From contig CALSRE010000001.1 in assembly GCA_943788675.1 (NCBI GenBank), forward strand, positions 49,400-113,399: a stretch of 64,000 bases of DNA. The letters run 5' to 3'. The first letter of the stretch is position 1. The number at the start of each line of letters is the position of its first letter. The position numbers and the translations under genes are program-made. Source of the DNA: an uncultured bacterium (GTDB lineage: Bacteria > Fidelibacterota > Marinisomatia > Marinisomatales > Marinisomataceae). This document shows, piece after piece, positions 39,720 through 49,728 of this stretch. Below the pieces are notes generated by a model that saw nothing but the letters and a program-made list of their open reading frames with translations, ran no database searches and was not told where the DNA came from.

Positions 39720-39765
39720 CATGTTAAAAAATATTCAAATCATACAACAATTATGAAAGCAATAA

Positions 39766-41187
39766 TTAAAGCTTTTCTTGTTTAATTTTATCCAGAAAAG
39801 ATAGTGCTTCTGAGTAGTCATTCTTTATTTCACCATTAATTATAGCTTCTTCAATCAAATTCTTAATTTTTCCTACTTCTTTACCTGGTTCCAGATCAAA
39901 CATTTTCATTATTTCATCTCCTCTAACTGGAGACTGAAAAGCTTTCAATTGATCTATTTCAATAACTTCTTTTATCCTTTTTTCTACTCTATCAAAATTT
40001 CCTAAATATTTAGCAATATTTTTTGGGTTCTTTGTTGTGATATCGGCTCTACACAAAGTCATTAAATCATTAATTTCTTCTCCAGCATCTACTATAAGTC
40101 TTCTTATCGCAGAGTCGGTAACTTCCTTTTTGGCAAGACTTATCGGTCTTAAATGCAGAGCAGTTAATTTGGTTATATAGTCTCTAGTTAAATTTGCAAA
40201 CTTCATTCTACGAGAAATACCTTTTAACATTCTGGCTCCAACATCATCATGCCCATAAAAGGTATATCCTTTAACCTTATTTAATCTTCTTGTTTTTGGC
40301 TTAGCAATATCATGCACAAGTGCTGCCAATCGAAGCTCTACTTTTGAAGATAAATTTGCTGCATTATCTACAACCTCTAAAGTGTGGTAAAAAATGTCTT
40401 TATGATGATATTCATTTGATTGGTCAAGGCCATACATTATTGAAATTTCGTTAAATACAAATTCCATTAGTCCTGCTTTTTGTAAAATATCTAACCCAAT
40501 TGAAGGTTTATCTGTACCTAAAATTTTGAATAATTCATTAGTAATTCTTTCTTGTGATACAATTTTAATTCTTTCACAATTCCTCTGCATCGATAAAAGA
40601 CACTCTTGGTTAATTTCAAGTGACAATTTTGAAGCAAAGTATGCTGCTCTTATCATCCTCAACGGATCATCAGAAAACGTAGAATCTGGCTCAAGAGGAG
40701 TTCTTAAAATTTTATCTCTTAAATCATCTAAACCTTTAAAAGGGTCAATAAATTCTCCATAATTATTTTTATTTAAGGATACTGCCATTGCATTTACTCT
40801 AAAATCTCTTCTCATTAAATCGTCTTTTATGTCCGCCAAAGTAACCGACGAGGGGCTTCTTGAACCTTTGTCATAAGTTTCAAGTCTAGCAGAAGCAACC
40901 TCAATTTCACATTCTTTGTATGGAATTTTAGCAGTTTCAAATTTTGGAAAAGGGACAATTTTGCCAACACCAAGTTTGTTAGCTAGTTGTTGAGCAAATT
41001 GTATTCCATCTCCTTCAACCATAATATCAATATCTATTGAGTCAACTCCCGGGTCTAGCATCAGATCTCTTACACATCCGCCTACTAAAAAAGAAGGTAT
41101 TTGAATTTCTTCGCTCAATTCTGCGATGACTTCTGCAATACTACTCAAGCGTTTATTTTGGTTAATTATGTCTTTAATTATTGTCAT
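39766..41187 (-). CDS. cca: CCA-adding tRNA nucleotidyltransferase / poly(A) polymerase family protein with HD domain
   Basis: 473 aa with GGCVRD, DIDIMV and RRDFRVNA head-domain motifs, plus an HD region (YHHKDIFYHTLEVVD...LVHDIAKP). Confidence 0.8.
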   Translation of the reverse strand: MTIIKDIINQNKRLSSIAEVIAELSEEIQIPSFLVGGCVRDLMLDPGVDSIDIDIMVEGDGIQFAQQLANKLGVGKIVPFPKFETAKIPYKECEIEVASARLETYDKGSRSPSSVTLADIKDDLMRRDFRVNAMAVSLNKNNYGEFIDPFKGLDDLRDKILRTPLEPDSTFSDDPLRMIRAAYFASKLSLEINQECLLSMQRNCERIKIVSQERITNELFKILGTDKPSIGLDILQKAGLMEFVFNEISIMYGLDQSNEYHHKDIFYHTLEVVDNAANLSSKVELRLAALVHDIAKPKTRRLNKVKGYTFYGHDDVGARMLKGISRRMKFANLTRDYITKLTALHLRPISLAKKEVTDSAIRRLIVDAGEEINDLMTLCRADITTKNPKNIAKYLGNFDRVEKRIKEVIEIDQLKAFQSPVRGDEIMKMFDLEPGKEVGKIKNLIEEAIINGEIKNDYSEALSFLDKIKQEKL

Positions 41188-41217
41188 TGTGTAAATTAAA
41201 AAATATATAGGTCTATT

Positions 41218-42087
41218 ATGCTAAGAAAACTAATAAAATATACTTTTGCATTTAAAGTGGTTAAATATATCATCATTGCAATTTTGTTTTCAAATCTTCA
41301 TGCTCAATTTAAAGAAGCAACAATTTCGTTTGATGATAGATTGCTAAGAGATGATGAAAAATCTTCTCTTTTCAATTTAAATAATAATATAAAAAAATTT
41401 TATGTTGATACTGTGTGGAATAATGAATATCGTGATTTAGAACTTAATTTAAATATTCAAATTATTTTTGAAGGAAATGCAAATATAGGTAGCTCTGAAG
41501 CCTTTTTAATTCAATCTCTTTTTAGCAACAATATAGATTTACATTTTTTTGATAAAGGGTCTCAATTTTCATTGAATCAAAATTCATCACTTTACTATGA
41601 TAGTGTCTATTATGACCCCTTATCAAGTTTACTTGGATTTTATGGTAATTTAATTTTAGGAGCTGAGCTTGATAGCTGGAGTTTGTACGGTGGAAACGAG
41701 CATTATGAAAAAGCAAGGAGCATTGCTGTGCGTGCTAGTGCCTCTAATTTTTCAAGAGGATGGGAACAAAGACTTTTACTAATAAATATTCTTTCTGACA
41801 ACACTGGATTACGCAAGCTTCGGTATTCTACCTACCTGAGCTATGAACTGTTTGAAAATGGAAATATTGATGAATGCCTTAAATTATTTGAAGAAGTCAT
41901 TAACAACCTCAATGAAATTTATGAAAATTATACTCAAGAAAATTATACTAGCATGTTTATGAAATATCATGGACCTAAAATTGGGGAAATAATGGAAAAA
42001 TTAGGGCAAAAAGAAATGTTATCTAAAATGCAGTATTTAGATTCTCAAAGATCAAATATATATAAAGATTTTCAATCAAATATTTGA
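41218..42087 (+). CDS. DUF4835-family protein
   Basis: 289 aa with an N-terminal signal/anchor. The pattern LLGFYGNLILGAELDSWSLYGGNEHYEKARSIAVRA...SRGWEQR matches what I remember of DUF4835. Confidence 0.5.
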   Translation: MLRKLIKYTFAFKVVKYIIIAILFSNLHAQFKEATISFDDRLLRDDEKSSLFNLNNNIKKFYVDTVWNNEYRDLELNLNIQIIFEGNANIGSSEAFLIQSLFSNNIDLHFFDKGSQFSLNQNSSLYYDSVYYDPLSSLLGFYGNLILGAELDSWSLYGGNEHYEKARSIAVRASASNFSRGWEQRLLLINILSDNTGLRKLRYSTYLSYELFENGNIDECLKLFEEVINNLNEIYENYTQENYTSMFMKYHGPKIGEIMEKLGQKEMLSKMQYLDSQRSNIYKDFQSNI

Positions 42088-43088
42088 GAAAAGTATTTTT
42101 TACCTTTAAAAAAATAATCCATAGCAATACTATTTTCATAAATTGAGTCTATTGCTGAATTTCTCAGATGATTATTTTTACGAATATTGTATAAAGTCCT
42201 GCAATTATATATTAACCATAAATGTGAAGTAAAAATTGCTAACAATCTATTAAAGTCAAAAGTAAATATCGAATAAATAGCAGCCATTTCGTCCAAAATA
42301 TATCTTTTTAAAATTAGCGAACCCCTTTCAAAAGATTGTGAATTTTTGATAAACAAAATCCATGAATTTCGGTGATTAAAATAATGTGAATTGAATGAGT
42401 TTTCTTTTATTGTCTGCTTACCATAATGATATACCGATGAAGAAGGAACATACCAAACACTCCAACCTAAAGACTGCAATCTCCAACAAAGATCAATCTC
42501 TTCCATGTACGCAAAATATATATTATCGAAATAGTTTAATTCTTCTAATAAGCGCCTACTGATAATAAAAGCTGCACCTGAAGCCCAAAAGATTTTTTTT
42601 GGATTGTTATATTGATTATTATCCTTTTCAAGAGTATTAAACAATCTTCCTCTAACAAAAGGAAAACAATATTTATCTATAAATCCTCCAGCTCCTCCAG
42701 CATAATCAAACGTATCTTTATTAACTGCATTAAGAATTTTAGGCTGAGCTGCGCCAACTTGAGGATTTTTTTCTAAAAAACTTACCAACTCTTCTACCCA
42801 ATTTTTAGTATGTAAAGTATCATTATTTAAAAAAATTATATACTTTCCCTTTGCCTGCTTTGCACCAAAATTACATCCACCGCTATAGCCTAAATTTGAT
42901 TCTGCTTTTAATAAATTAATAGAAGGAAATTTTGCTTTAACATCATCTGCTGAAAAATCATTTGACATATTATCAACGACAATTATTTCGAAATCTTTAG
43001 TTGTTATATTTCTATATATTGAATTAACACAATCTAATAATAGCTTTTTGCCATTATGATGTGGAATGACTATAGAAACATTAATCAT
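42072..43088 (-). CDS. family 2 glycosyltransferase
   Basis: 338 aa with VSIVIPHHNG, VDNMSND, FLNNDT and YMEEIDLCWR (DxD/ED motifs). Confidence 0.8.
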   Translation of the reverse strand: MINVSIVIPHHNGKKLLLDCVNSIYRNITTKDFEIIVVDNMSNDFSADDVKAKFPSINLLKAESNLGYSGGCNFGAKQAKGKYIIFLNNDTLHTKNWVEELVSFLEKNPQVGAAQPKILNAVNKDTFDYAGGAGGFIDKYCFPFVRGRLFNTLEKDNNQYNNPKKIFWASGAAFIISRRLLEELNYFDNIYFAYMEEIDLCWRLQSLGWSVWYVPSSSVYHYGKQTIKENSFNSHYFNHRNSWILFIKNSQSFERGSLILKRYILDEMAAIYSIFTFDFNRLLAIFTSHLWLIYNCRTLYNIRKNNHLRNSAIDSIYENSIAMDYFFKGKKYFSQIFD

Positions 43089-45964
43089 GAAGATTCTAAT
43101 AGAATAATTTCTTCTAATAATTGTTGAGCATTACTATCTGCTGGATTCTTATCAATCCATTCCTCTAAAAGAATTTTGGCCTCTGTATACATTTCTAGAT
43201 TCTTATAACTTAAAAATAATAAATAAATGATTTCAGGTAATGATTTTTGCCATTCACTCCATTCTGCTTGTGAAATTTTAGTTGCGGTAAATCCTCTTTT
43301 AGAAATAGCTCTTTCAATAACTTTATAATTTTGATAGATAGTTTCAAAAATTAATTTTGATTCCTCATAATTTTCTAAAGACTGGATAAATGTTTTGCCA
43401 TATAATAAATAATCAGATAGTGCTAAATCTTTGCGCGCAACTAACTCTTTCATATGGTATGTCATTTTTTCTTGATTACCGGTGCCGCTGTAAACTTGCG
43501 CAATTTGATATTGTAATTCTTTTGATGGTATTGGGACCACATTGCTTGGCATTATCTCTTCCATTTTTAGTAAAGCTTTTTCTGCTTGATGGAAATTATT
43601 TTCTAAATAATGTGATATAGACAGTCTTACAAAACCTGTTCTATAATTTTGAATTAATCTTCCTAGTTGAGGATCTACGTGAACCTCTGGATTTGCTAGA
43701 TTTCTATAGATATACCCTCTTTGATACTCCTTTGATATAGAATCTTTTAATATATTTTTTTTGTTTGCGTCATAATCTTTAAACCACAATTTATCTCCTA
43801 TATAATTCATAAGATTTTCAGTCATTTTCTCTTGGTTTATAACATCCTTAGAATTATTGATAAGCCTATAAGCTAACCCTTCCATCTGTAAATAATTATC
43901 AAGATTCAACATGCTAGTCGGGGAAACTGTCACTGCAAAATACACCGGCCTTTTCCAGTTATTATCATTTACTATCCTTAATACCATAATATCTTGAGTT
44001 CTTAATGCAACACCTAAATATGTTGGATTTAGTTCCCATTTTATTTTTCCATCTGTATTATTTTCATCTTTTGGTGCATTTATTGAAATTGTTTTTGTTT
44101 CCCATCTTTTAAAGTCTAGTTGTTCAATTTCAGAGTCACTAATTTTAATAAAAGGATTTTTTGGATATCTTTCCCTTAGTTGCTCAACATACCATGGAGT
44201 ATTTAATAAGCTTAAATTTGCAACAACTACATCCTTTCTGATGCCTTCCACTTCTTGCAAATACCATAATGGAAAAGTATCATTATCTCCATTTGTAAAT
44301 AAAATTGCATTCGGTTCACATGTTTGAAGCATATTATAAGCCATATCCCATGCAATATAATTTCCTGTTCTATCATGCCCTTCATAGTTGGCTAACAACA
44401 TTCTTAAAGGCATAAATAGAATAAATAAAGAAATCATAAAATATGAAAATTTCAGCTTTATAGATTTTTCTAGAAATGTATCTGAGATAAAATTAATAAA
44501 TGTATAAACCCCTAAACCAATCCAAATAGAGAATGTCATAAAACTTGCTACATATGAATAATCTCTTTCTCTCGGTTGCGGGGAATCTTGATTCAAATAA
44601 AAGATAATTGCTAAGCCAGTCATTAAGAATAATACCATTAAAGAGAATGCATCGTACCTATTTTTTCTAAAATGATAAACCATTCCTATTAAACCCATTA
44701 TCAAAGCTAGAGGTAATCCAAACTGTCTCCAATCTACTCCGTCTTCACTTGCATTTGCGCCAACAGCAGTTACAAAAGGGTCGTCACTATCTCCTTTACC
44801 AGCAAATTGCCAAAGAAAATACCTTATATACATTTTCTTGATTTGATAATTCCATAAAAAACTCACTTGGGATGGAATTTCATACATCATATAATCTATA
44901 TTTTGACTCATAGAAAAATCACTACTTCCATTTTCAGGCGAACCAACAATTGATATCTTAGAAGGTAATGAATTAAATTTTCTTGGTAAAATTGTCATCT
45001 GCCCGTATTGATCTCTATTCAAATATTTTATCGCTTCTTCAACGGTTTCAGGATTATTTTCATCAATATTAGGGTCTTGACCCGATCTAATAAATATTGC
45101 AAAATAAGTTGAATAGCCCATAATAATTAAAACTATGGATGTCAAAAAAATGGACACTACTGTCTTGTTATTCTTGATTGTATATGCACTAAAAACTAAT
45201 AGAGATAATAAAGATAATAGCAAGCCATATAGGCCGATAGTATTTGTTAAAACAGGTAAACCTTTTATAATTCCATCCTGAATACCAACAAAAACTGCCA
45301 GTGACATAGCTATTGTTACTAAAAAATTAACCTTACTTAAATGTCCTAGGGTAAAATATATAATTAGACCAATAAAAGGTATTGTTAACAAATTAAGTAG
45401 ATGTAGACCTGTAGCAAGTCCAATGATATAGGCAATGATAATCAGATAAATAATATGATTATCTTTGTGAATATTTTTAGACCAATGTATAATCAAATAC
45501 ACTACAAGCGCAGTCATGAAACCGCTAAAAGCATATACTTCTGTTTCAACTGCATTAAACCAATGACTATGAGTAAAGGCAAAAGTCAAAGACGCAGTTA
45601 ACGAAGACCACATCTTAAAAAATTTTGCCTCGTCTTTTGTATCAATCCTATTTATAAATTGATTACATATTAAAAATAATAAGCTCACGGTTAATGCGCT
45701 GATAATTGGTGAAAAAATATTGAATCTAAATGCAATATCAGAGCTGATAGGAATTAATGTAAAAAACTTACCAATAAGTAAAAATAATGGACTACCAGGA
45801 GGATGAGGCACTCCAAGAATGTGGGACGTTGCAATAAACTCTCCAGTATCCCAAAAAGAAACAGTCGGAGCCATTGTAGAAAAATAAATAGCAAACGTAA
45901 TGAAAAATATTATTACTGCTATTGTATTTTCTAATTTTTTACTGTAGGAAGTGAAAAAATTCAA
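43085..45964 (-). CDS. DUF2723 (PMT_2-like) polytopic glycosyltransferase-like membrane protein with C-terminal helical-repeat domain
   Basis: 959 aa with the signature SFWDTGEFIATSHILGVPHPPGSPLFLLIGKFF, about 12 or more TM helices and a soluble TPR-like tail. Overlaps the GT2 gene by 4 nt. Confidence 0.7.
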   Translation of the reverse strand: MNFFTSYSKKLENTIAVIIFFITFAIYFSTMAPTVSFWDTGEFIATSHILGVPHPPGSPLFLLIGKFFTLIPISSDIAFRFNIFSPIISALTVSLLFLICNQFINRIDTKDEAKFFKMWSSLTASLTFAFTHSHWFNAVETEVYAFSGFMTALVVYLIIHWSKNIHKDNHIIYLIIIAYIIGLATGLHLLNLLTIPFIGLIIYFTLGHLSKVNFLVTIAMSLAVFVGIQDGIIKGLPVLTNTIGLYGLLLSLLSLLVFSAYTIKNNKTVVSIFLTSIVLIIMGYSTYFAIFIRSGQDPNIDENNPETVEEAIKYLNRDQYGQMTILPRKFNSLPSKISIVGSPENGSSDFSMSQNIDYMMYEIPSQVSFLWNYQIKKMYIRYFLWQFAGKGDSDDPFVTAVGANASEDGVDWRQFGLPLALIMGLIGMVYHFRKNRYDAFSLMVLFLMTGLAIIFYLNQDSPQPRERDYSYVASFMTFSIWIGLGVYTFINFISDTFLEKSIKLKFSYFMISLFILFMPLRMLLANYEGHDRTGNYIAWDMAYNMLQTCEPNAILFTNGDNDTFPLWYLQEVEGIRKDVVVANLSLLNTPWYVEQLRERYPKNPFIKISDSEIEQLDFKRWETKTISINAPKDENNTDGKIKWELNPTYLGVALRTQDIMVLRIVNDNNWKRPVYFAVTVSPTSMLNLDNYLQMEGLAYRLINNSKDVINQEKMTENLMNYIGDKLWFKDYDANKKNILKDSISKEYQRGYIYRNLANPEVHVDPQLGRLIQNYRTGFVRLSISHYLENNFHQAEKALLKMEEIMPSNVVPIPSKELQYQIAQVYSGTGNQEKMTYHMKELVARKDLALSDYLLYGKTFIQSLENYEESKLIFETIYQNYKVIERAISKRGFTATKISQAEWSEWQKSLPEIIYLLFLSYKNLEMYTEAKILLEEWIDKNPADSNAQQLLEEIILLESS

Positions 45965-45965
45965 T

Positions 45966-46283
45966 TTATTCTTCAGTATCTTTATTTTTTTCTTCTAAAG
46001 ATTTGTCTGAATTACTTTCTTCATTTTTTTCAACTTCTATGTAATTCATTTTTGCTTCTGATAATACTTTATCAATGTACTCTCTTTCTTCGTCTGATAA
46101 GCTTGCGTGCATTTTGTTATTTATCATTCCTAACATTTCTATTTGAATTGAAGCTTGGGTAAGATCTATTGAGGTCTCTCCATTAACTGGATTTTGTAGC
46201 TTTCCTAAAGATACCCAAATACCATATGCTGTTTGAGAAATTAAAGCATCAAATAATTGTTTTTCTGTTGGTTTTTCTTTCAT
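45966..46283 (-). CDS. DUF1844-family protein
   Basis: 105 aa. The pattern LISQTAYGIWVSLGKLQNPVNGETSIDLTQASIQIEMLGMI..K....LSDEE is typical of DUF1844. Confidence 0.55.
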   Translation of the reverse strand: MKEKPTEKQLFDALISQTAYGIWVSLGKLQNPVNGETSIDLTQASIQIEMLGMINNKMHASLSDEEREYIDKVLSEAKMNYIEVEKNEESNSDKSLEEKNKDTEE

Positions 46284-46290
46284 TTTTTCC

Positions 46291-48390
46291 TCAGTTTACT
46301 GTTGTTTTTAAAAATAATTTTAAATATTCGTTATCAAATTTTTCTTTGATAATTAAATGTTTTTCTAGGGTTAAATTTGCATCATTCTTAATAATTTCAA
46401 AAGCATTCATTCGAGCATTTCTGATTATTGGCCCATCCATTGTTAAATCAGCAATTCTAAATTTGATAAACCCGCTCTGTTTTTCACCAAAAAACTCTCC
46501 CGGCCCTCTTAATTTTAAATCTTCATCTGCTATATCAAATCCATTCCTAGAGTTAACAATAATTTGTAGCCTTTCTTTTGTTTTAGGAGATTCGCTATCG
46601 CTGCATAATAGACAATAACTTGTTAAAGATCCTCTTCCAACTCTACCCCTTAACTGATGAATCTGACTTAATCCGAATCTTTCTGTATTATTAATTAATA
46701 TTACATTTACATTGGGATTATCTATTCCAACCTCTACCACTGTTGTAGAAACCAGAATATTGATTTCTCCATCCATAAACTTTTTCATTTCATTATTTTT
46801 AATTTCATTATCTAATTTCCCGTGCATTAATCCAACTTTTAAATCAGGAAATATATTATCTCTTAAATATTCATATGATTCAACTGCTGCTGAAAGATCT
46901 TGATTTTCGCTTTCATTTATTAGTGGATATACGATAATAGTTTGTCCGCCATCATCAACTTTTTCTCTAATAAAATTATATGCTGTAGATAGATTATCTT
47001 TTTCAATATATGAAGTATGTATTTCTGGTCTATTTTTTGGCAATTCATCAATTATTGATATATCCATATCTCCATTATACGTAATAGCCAATGTTCTTGG
47101 AATTGGCGTAGCTGTCATTGCCATTAGGTTAGGATTCTTGCTCTTAGCTAATAATTTTTCTCGTTGATTTACTCCAAAACGATGTTGTTCATCAATCACT
47201 ACAAAACCCAAATTTTTAAATACTACATCTTTTTGAAATAATGCATGTGTTCCAATAACTATTTTAGATTCACCTTTTTTTATTTGCTGTAATACTTCCT
47301 TCTTCTCATTTGCTTTTAAGCTTCCAACTAATAATGAGCACTTAATATTAGCTTGTTCAAAATGTGACTTAAAATTCCTAAATAACTGTTTTGATAGCAA
47401 ATCTGTGGGTGCCATAATAGCAACTTGATAATTATTGTTCACCACAATCGCTGAAGCAAGAACTGATACAATTGTTTTACCGCAACCAACATCTCCTTGA
47501 ATCATTCTATTCATTGGATTCTCAGATAAAAAATCATCTACAATTTCTCTCAATGTAAGTTTTTGACTCCCAGTCAATTCAAAAGGGAGATTATTTAAAA
47601 CATTATTATAAGTACTTGTTTTGAATTTTATCGAATCACATTTATTCTCTTTGATTTTATTTTTTCTCAAGGCTAATAGCAATTGCAGGAAAAAGTGCTC
47701 ATCATACTTTAATCTATGGATAGAGCTATCTAAAGACGTAAAATCTTTTGGGTAATGAATATTGCGCAAAGATGTATTTAAATCTTCTATTTCAAACTTA
47801 TTTCTTAACTCTTCATCAAAATGGTCATCGATACTATCAATTGATTCTAAAGCTAGATATATTATTTTTCTTAAGTTTCTGTTATCTAATCCAGATTTTT
47901 TTAAATCTTCTGTCAGAGGATACACAGGTATAATAAAGCCGGTTGTTAATGAAATTTCGTTAGCATTTAATTTATCGTACTCAGGATGAACAATTTGCGG
48001 ATTTCCTTTGTAAGCTGCCACTTTACCATGAATAGTAATTAAATCTCCAACTTTTAAAGACTGATGAATATAATCTGCTGCATTAAACCACATTAATCGC
48101 ACCGAGCCGGTATGGTCTGCTACAGTTGATGTAACAAAATTACCTTTTTTCATTCTTTTCAAACTGACTGACTTCACTCTTCCAACAAGATTGACTTCTT
48201 CTCCTTCTTTGATTGATCCTATGGTAGATAAAGAAGTTCTGTCTACATATTTTCTTGGAAAATAATACAGCAAATCTTTGATAGTAAAAATATTTAGAGA
48301 CTCAAGGGCATTAGCTCTTTTAGGACCGACCCCTTTAATATATTGTATAGGTGTTTCTAACGAGTTAGAGCTGTTTGATGCTTCGCTCAA
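46291..48390 (-). CDS. recG: ATP-dependent DNA helicase RecG
   Basis: 699 aa with a wedge/OB N-domain, GDVGCGKT, DEQHRFG and QLRGRVGRG motifs. Confidence 0.9.
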   Translation of the reverse strand: MSEASNSSNSLETPIQYIKGVGPKRANALESLNIFTIKDLLYYFPRKYVDRTSLSTIGSIKEGEEVNLVGRVKSVSLKRMKKGNFVTSTVADHTGSVRLMWFNAADYIHQSLKVGDLITIHGKVAAYKGNPQIVHPEYDKLNANEISLTTGFIIPVYPLTEDLKKSGLDNRNLRKIIYLALESIDSIDDHFDEELRNKFEIEDLNTSLRNIHYPKDFTSLDSSIHRLKYDEHFFLQLLLALRKNKIKENKCDSIKFKTSTYNNVLNNLPFELTGSQKLTLREIVDDFLSENPMNRMIQGDVGCGKTIVSVLASAIVVNNNYQVAIMAPTDLLSKQLFRNFKSHFEQANIKCSLLVGSLKANEKKEVLQQIKKGESKIVIGTHALFQKDVVFKNLGFVVIDEQHRFGVNQREKLLAKSKNPNLMAMTATPIPRTLAITYNGDMDISIIDELPKNRPEIHTSYIEKDNLSTAYNFIREKVDDGGQTIIVYPLINESENQDLSAAVESYEYLRDNIFPDLKVGLMHGKLDNEIKNNEMKKFMDGEINILVSTTVVEVGIDNPNVNVILINNTERFGLSQIHQLRGRVGRGSLTSYCLLCSDSESPKTKERLQIIVNSRNGFDIADEDLKLRGPGEFFGEKQSGFIKFRIADLTMDGPIIRNARMNAFEIIKNDANLTLEKHLIIKEKFDNEYLKLFLKTTVN

Positions 48391-48396
48391 AAGACA

Positions 48397-49728
48397 TTAT
48401 TTCCATTCTTTTTTGTAAGTGTATGTGATAAGCTCAGTAGCTCCAGCTTCAATCTCCAAAGGAAAATAAATTGTGGAAGCATCTTCTTTAATATACATTG
48501 ATGAAGATTCTTTGATGACCCAATCACCAACAATTTTTTCTATAGCCTTAACTTTGATAGATTGATTACTAGTATTTAAAATTTGTAATGATATAGTTGA
48601 TTCTTCGCTATTGGTTTGTCTGTCGAAGTTTAAAATTCTTCTTTTCCCGATAATATCAAATGCTTTACCTCCATCCAATATAGCTGTTCCGCCTTTATAC
48701 AATTGAGATAAGCCATTTCTACCAATGAAATTTAATTCGCCGGCAGTGCTTTTTTCATACAAGTATAATACTCCAGATGGAAGAGGAAGCTCTAGGTTGT
48801 TTTCAGCTGAATTTTCAAATGACACTTCAATGCTTAAAGGTTCATCTCCTTGATCTCTTTCAGAATTTTTAAAAATATATTTCTTATCATATGTAATACT
48901 TCTTGCTTTCATCATAGGTAATTGAACTGTTTGCATGGCATCTAGATTCAAATTTTTTCCAAGATTAAAAACATAAAAATCTCCTAACGAAGCGCGATTT
49001 TCCATGGCACTTCCTCTAGATTCCATCATTTGATAACTGGAATTTTTTCTAGAAGAATGCAAGGGTACATTACCTTCTACAACATCTAAATCTAAAGCAA
49101 ACAAATTAATATTAGAGTTATTAGAAACCTCAGCATTCACTGAAAGTGTAGCCAAGGAATCAGAATCATTGATTGTTAATGTATAAATAGGTTTCCAAGA
49201 AAAACCAGATGTAATATAAGATAATTCAGCATTTACAGATTTATCATCATCAGAAATAATTTCCCAACGAATTTCAGGAGTGAACTTATCTTGAACAGAT
49301 GATGATTTTAAAATAAAATAACTCAACTGCGATCTCTGAAAAACTACTAACCCCTTGTTTGTCTTGATTGAAATAGTTGAACCATTATAGTCCATAAGTA
49401 TGCCTTGAACATTTGAACCATCATTAGGTTTTACTTCAATAGCAGCACCAATATTATTTTTTAAGAATGTATCAGTGGAAGAAAAATTTCTATTCAAAGT
49501 TTGTGATAAAACCTGGACACCTTCCACATTCAATACAGGTGAATCAAAAAGAAGATTTTGAGATAAATTTGTAAAAGAAGAAATATTTCTTCCCAATTTC
49601 AAATTCCAAACAATAGGCTCATTTACTAAAGCAAAATTATCTTTATATATGGTAAGCGATCTAGTAGGATTATCTAGCTGTGCAAAAACAAGATTTAACG
49701 ATAATAAGAGTAAAATTATTTTTTTCAT
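48397..49728 (-). CDS. DUF4139-like secreted protein
   Basis: 443 aa with a signal peptide and beta-rich sequence. The N-terminal LTIYKDNFALVNE pattern resembles DUF4139/MuiA-like proteins, from memory only. Confidence 0.4.
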   Translation of the reverse strand: MKKIILLLLSLNLVFAQLDNPTRSLTIYKDNFALVNEPIVWNLKLGRNISSFTNLSQNLLFDSPVLNVEGVQVLSQTLNRNFSSTDTFLKNNIGAAIEVKPNDGSNVQGILMDYNGSTISIKTNKGLVVFQRSQLSYFILKSSSVQDKFTPEIRWEIISDDDKSVNAELSYITSGFSWKPIYTLTINDSDSLATLSVNAEVSNNSNINLFALDLDVVEGNVPLHSSRKNSSYQMMESRGSAMENRASLGDFYVFNLGKNLNLDAMQTVQLPMMKARSITYDKKYIFKNSERDQGDEPLSIEVSFENSAENNLELPLPSGVLYLYEKSTAGELNFIGRNGLSQLYKGGTAILDGGKAFDIIGKRRILNFDRQTNSEESTISLQILNTSNQSIKVKAIEKIVGDWVIKESSSMYIKEDASTIYFPLEIEAGATELITYTYKKEWK

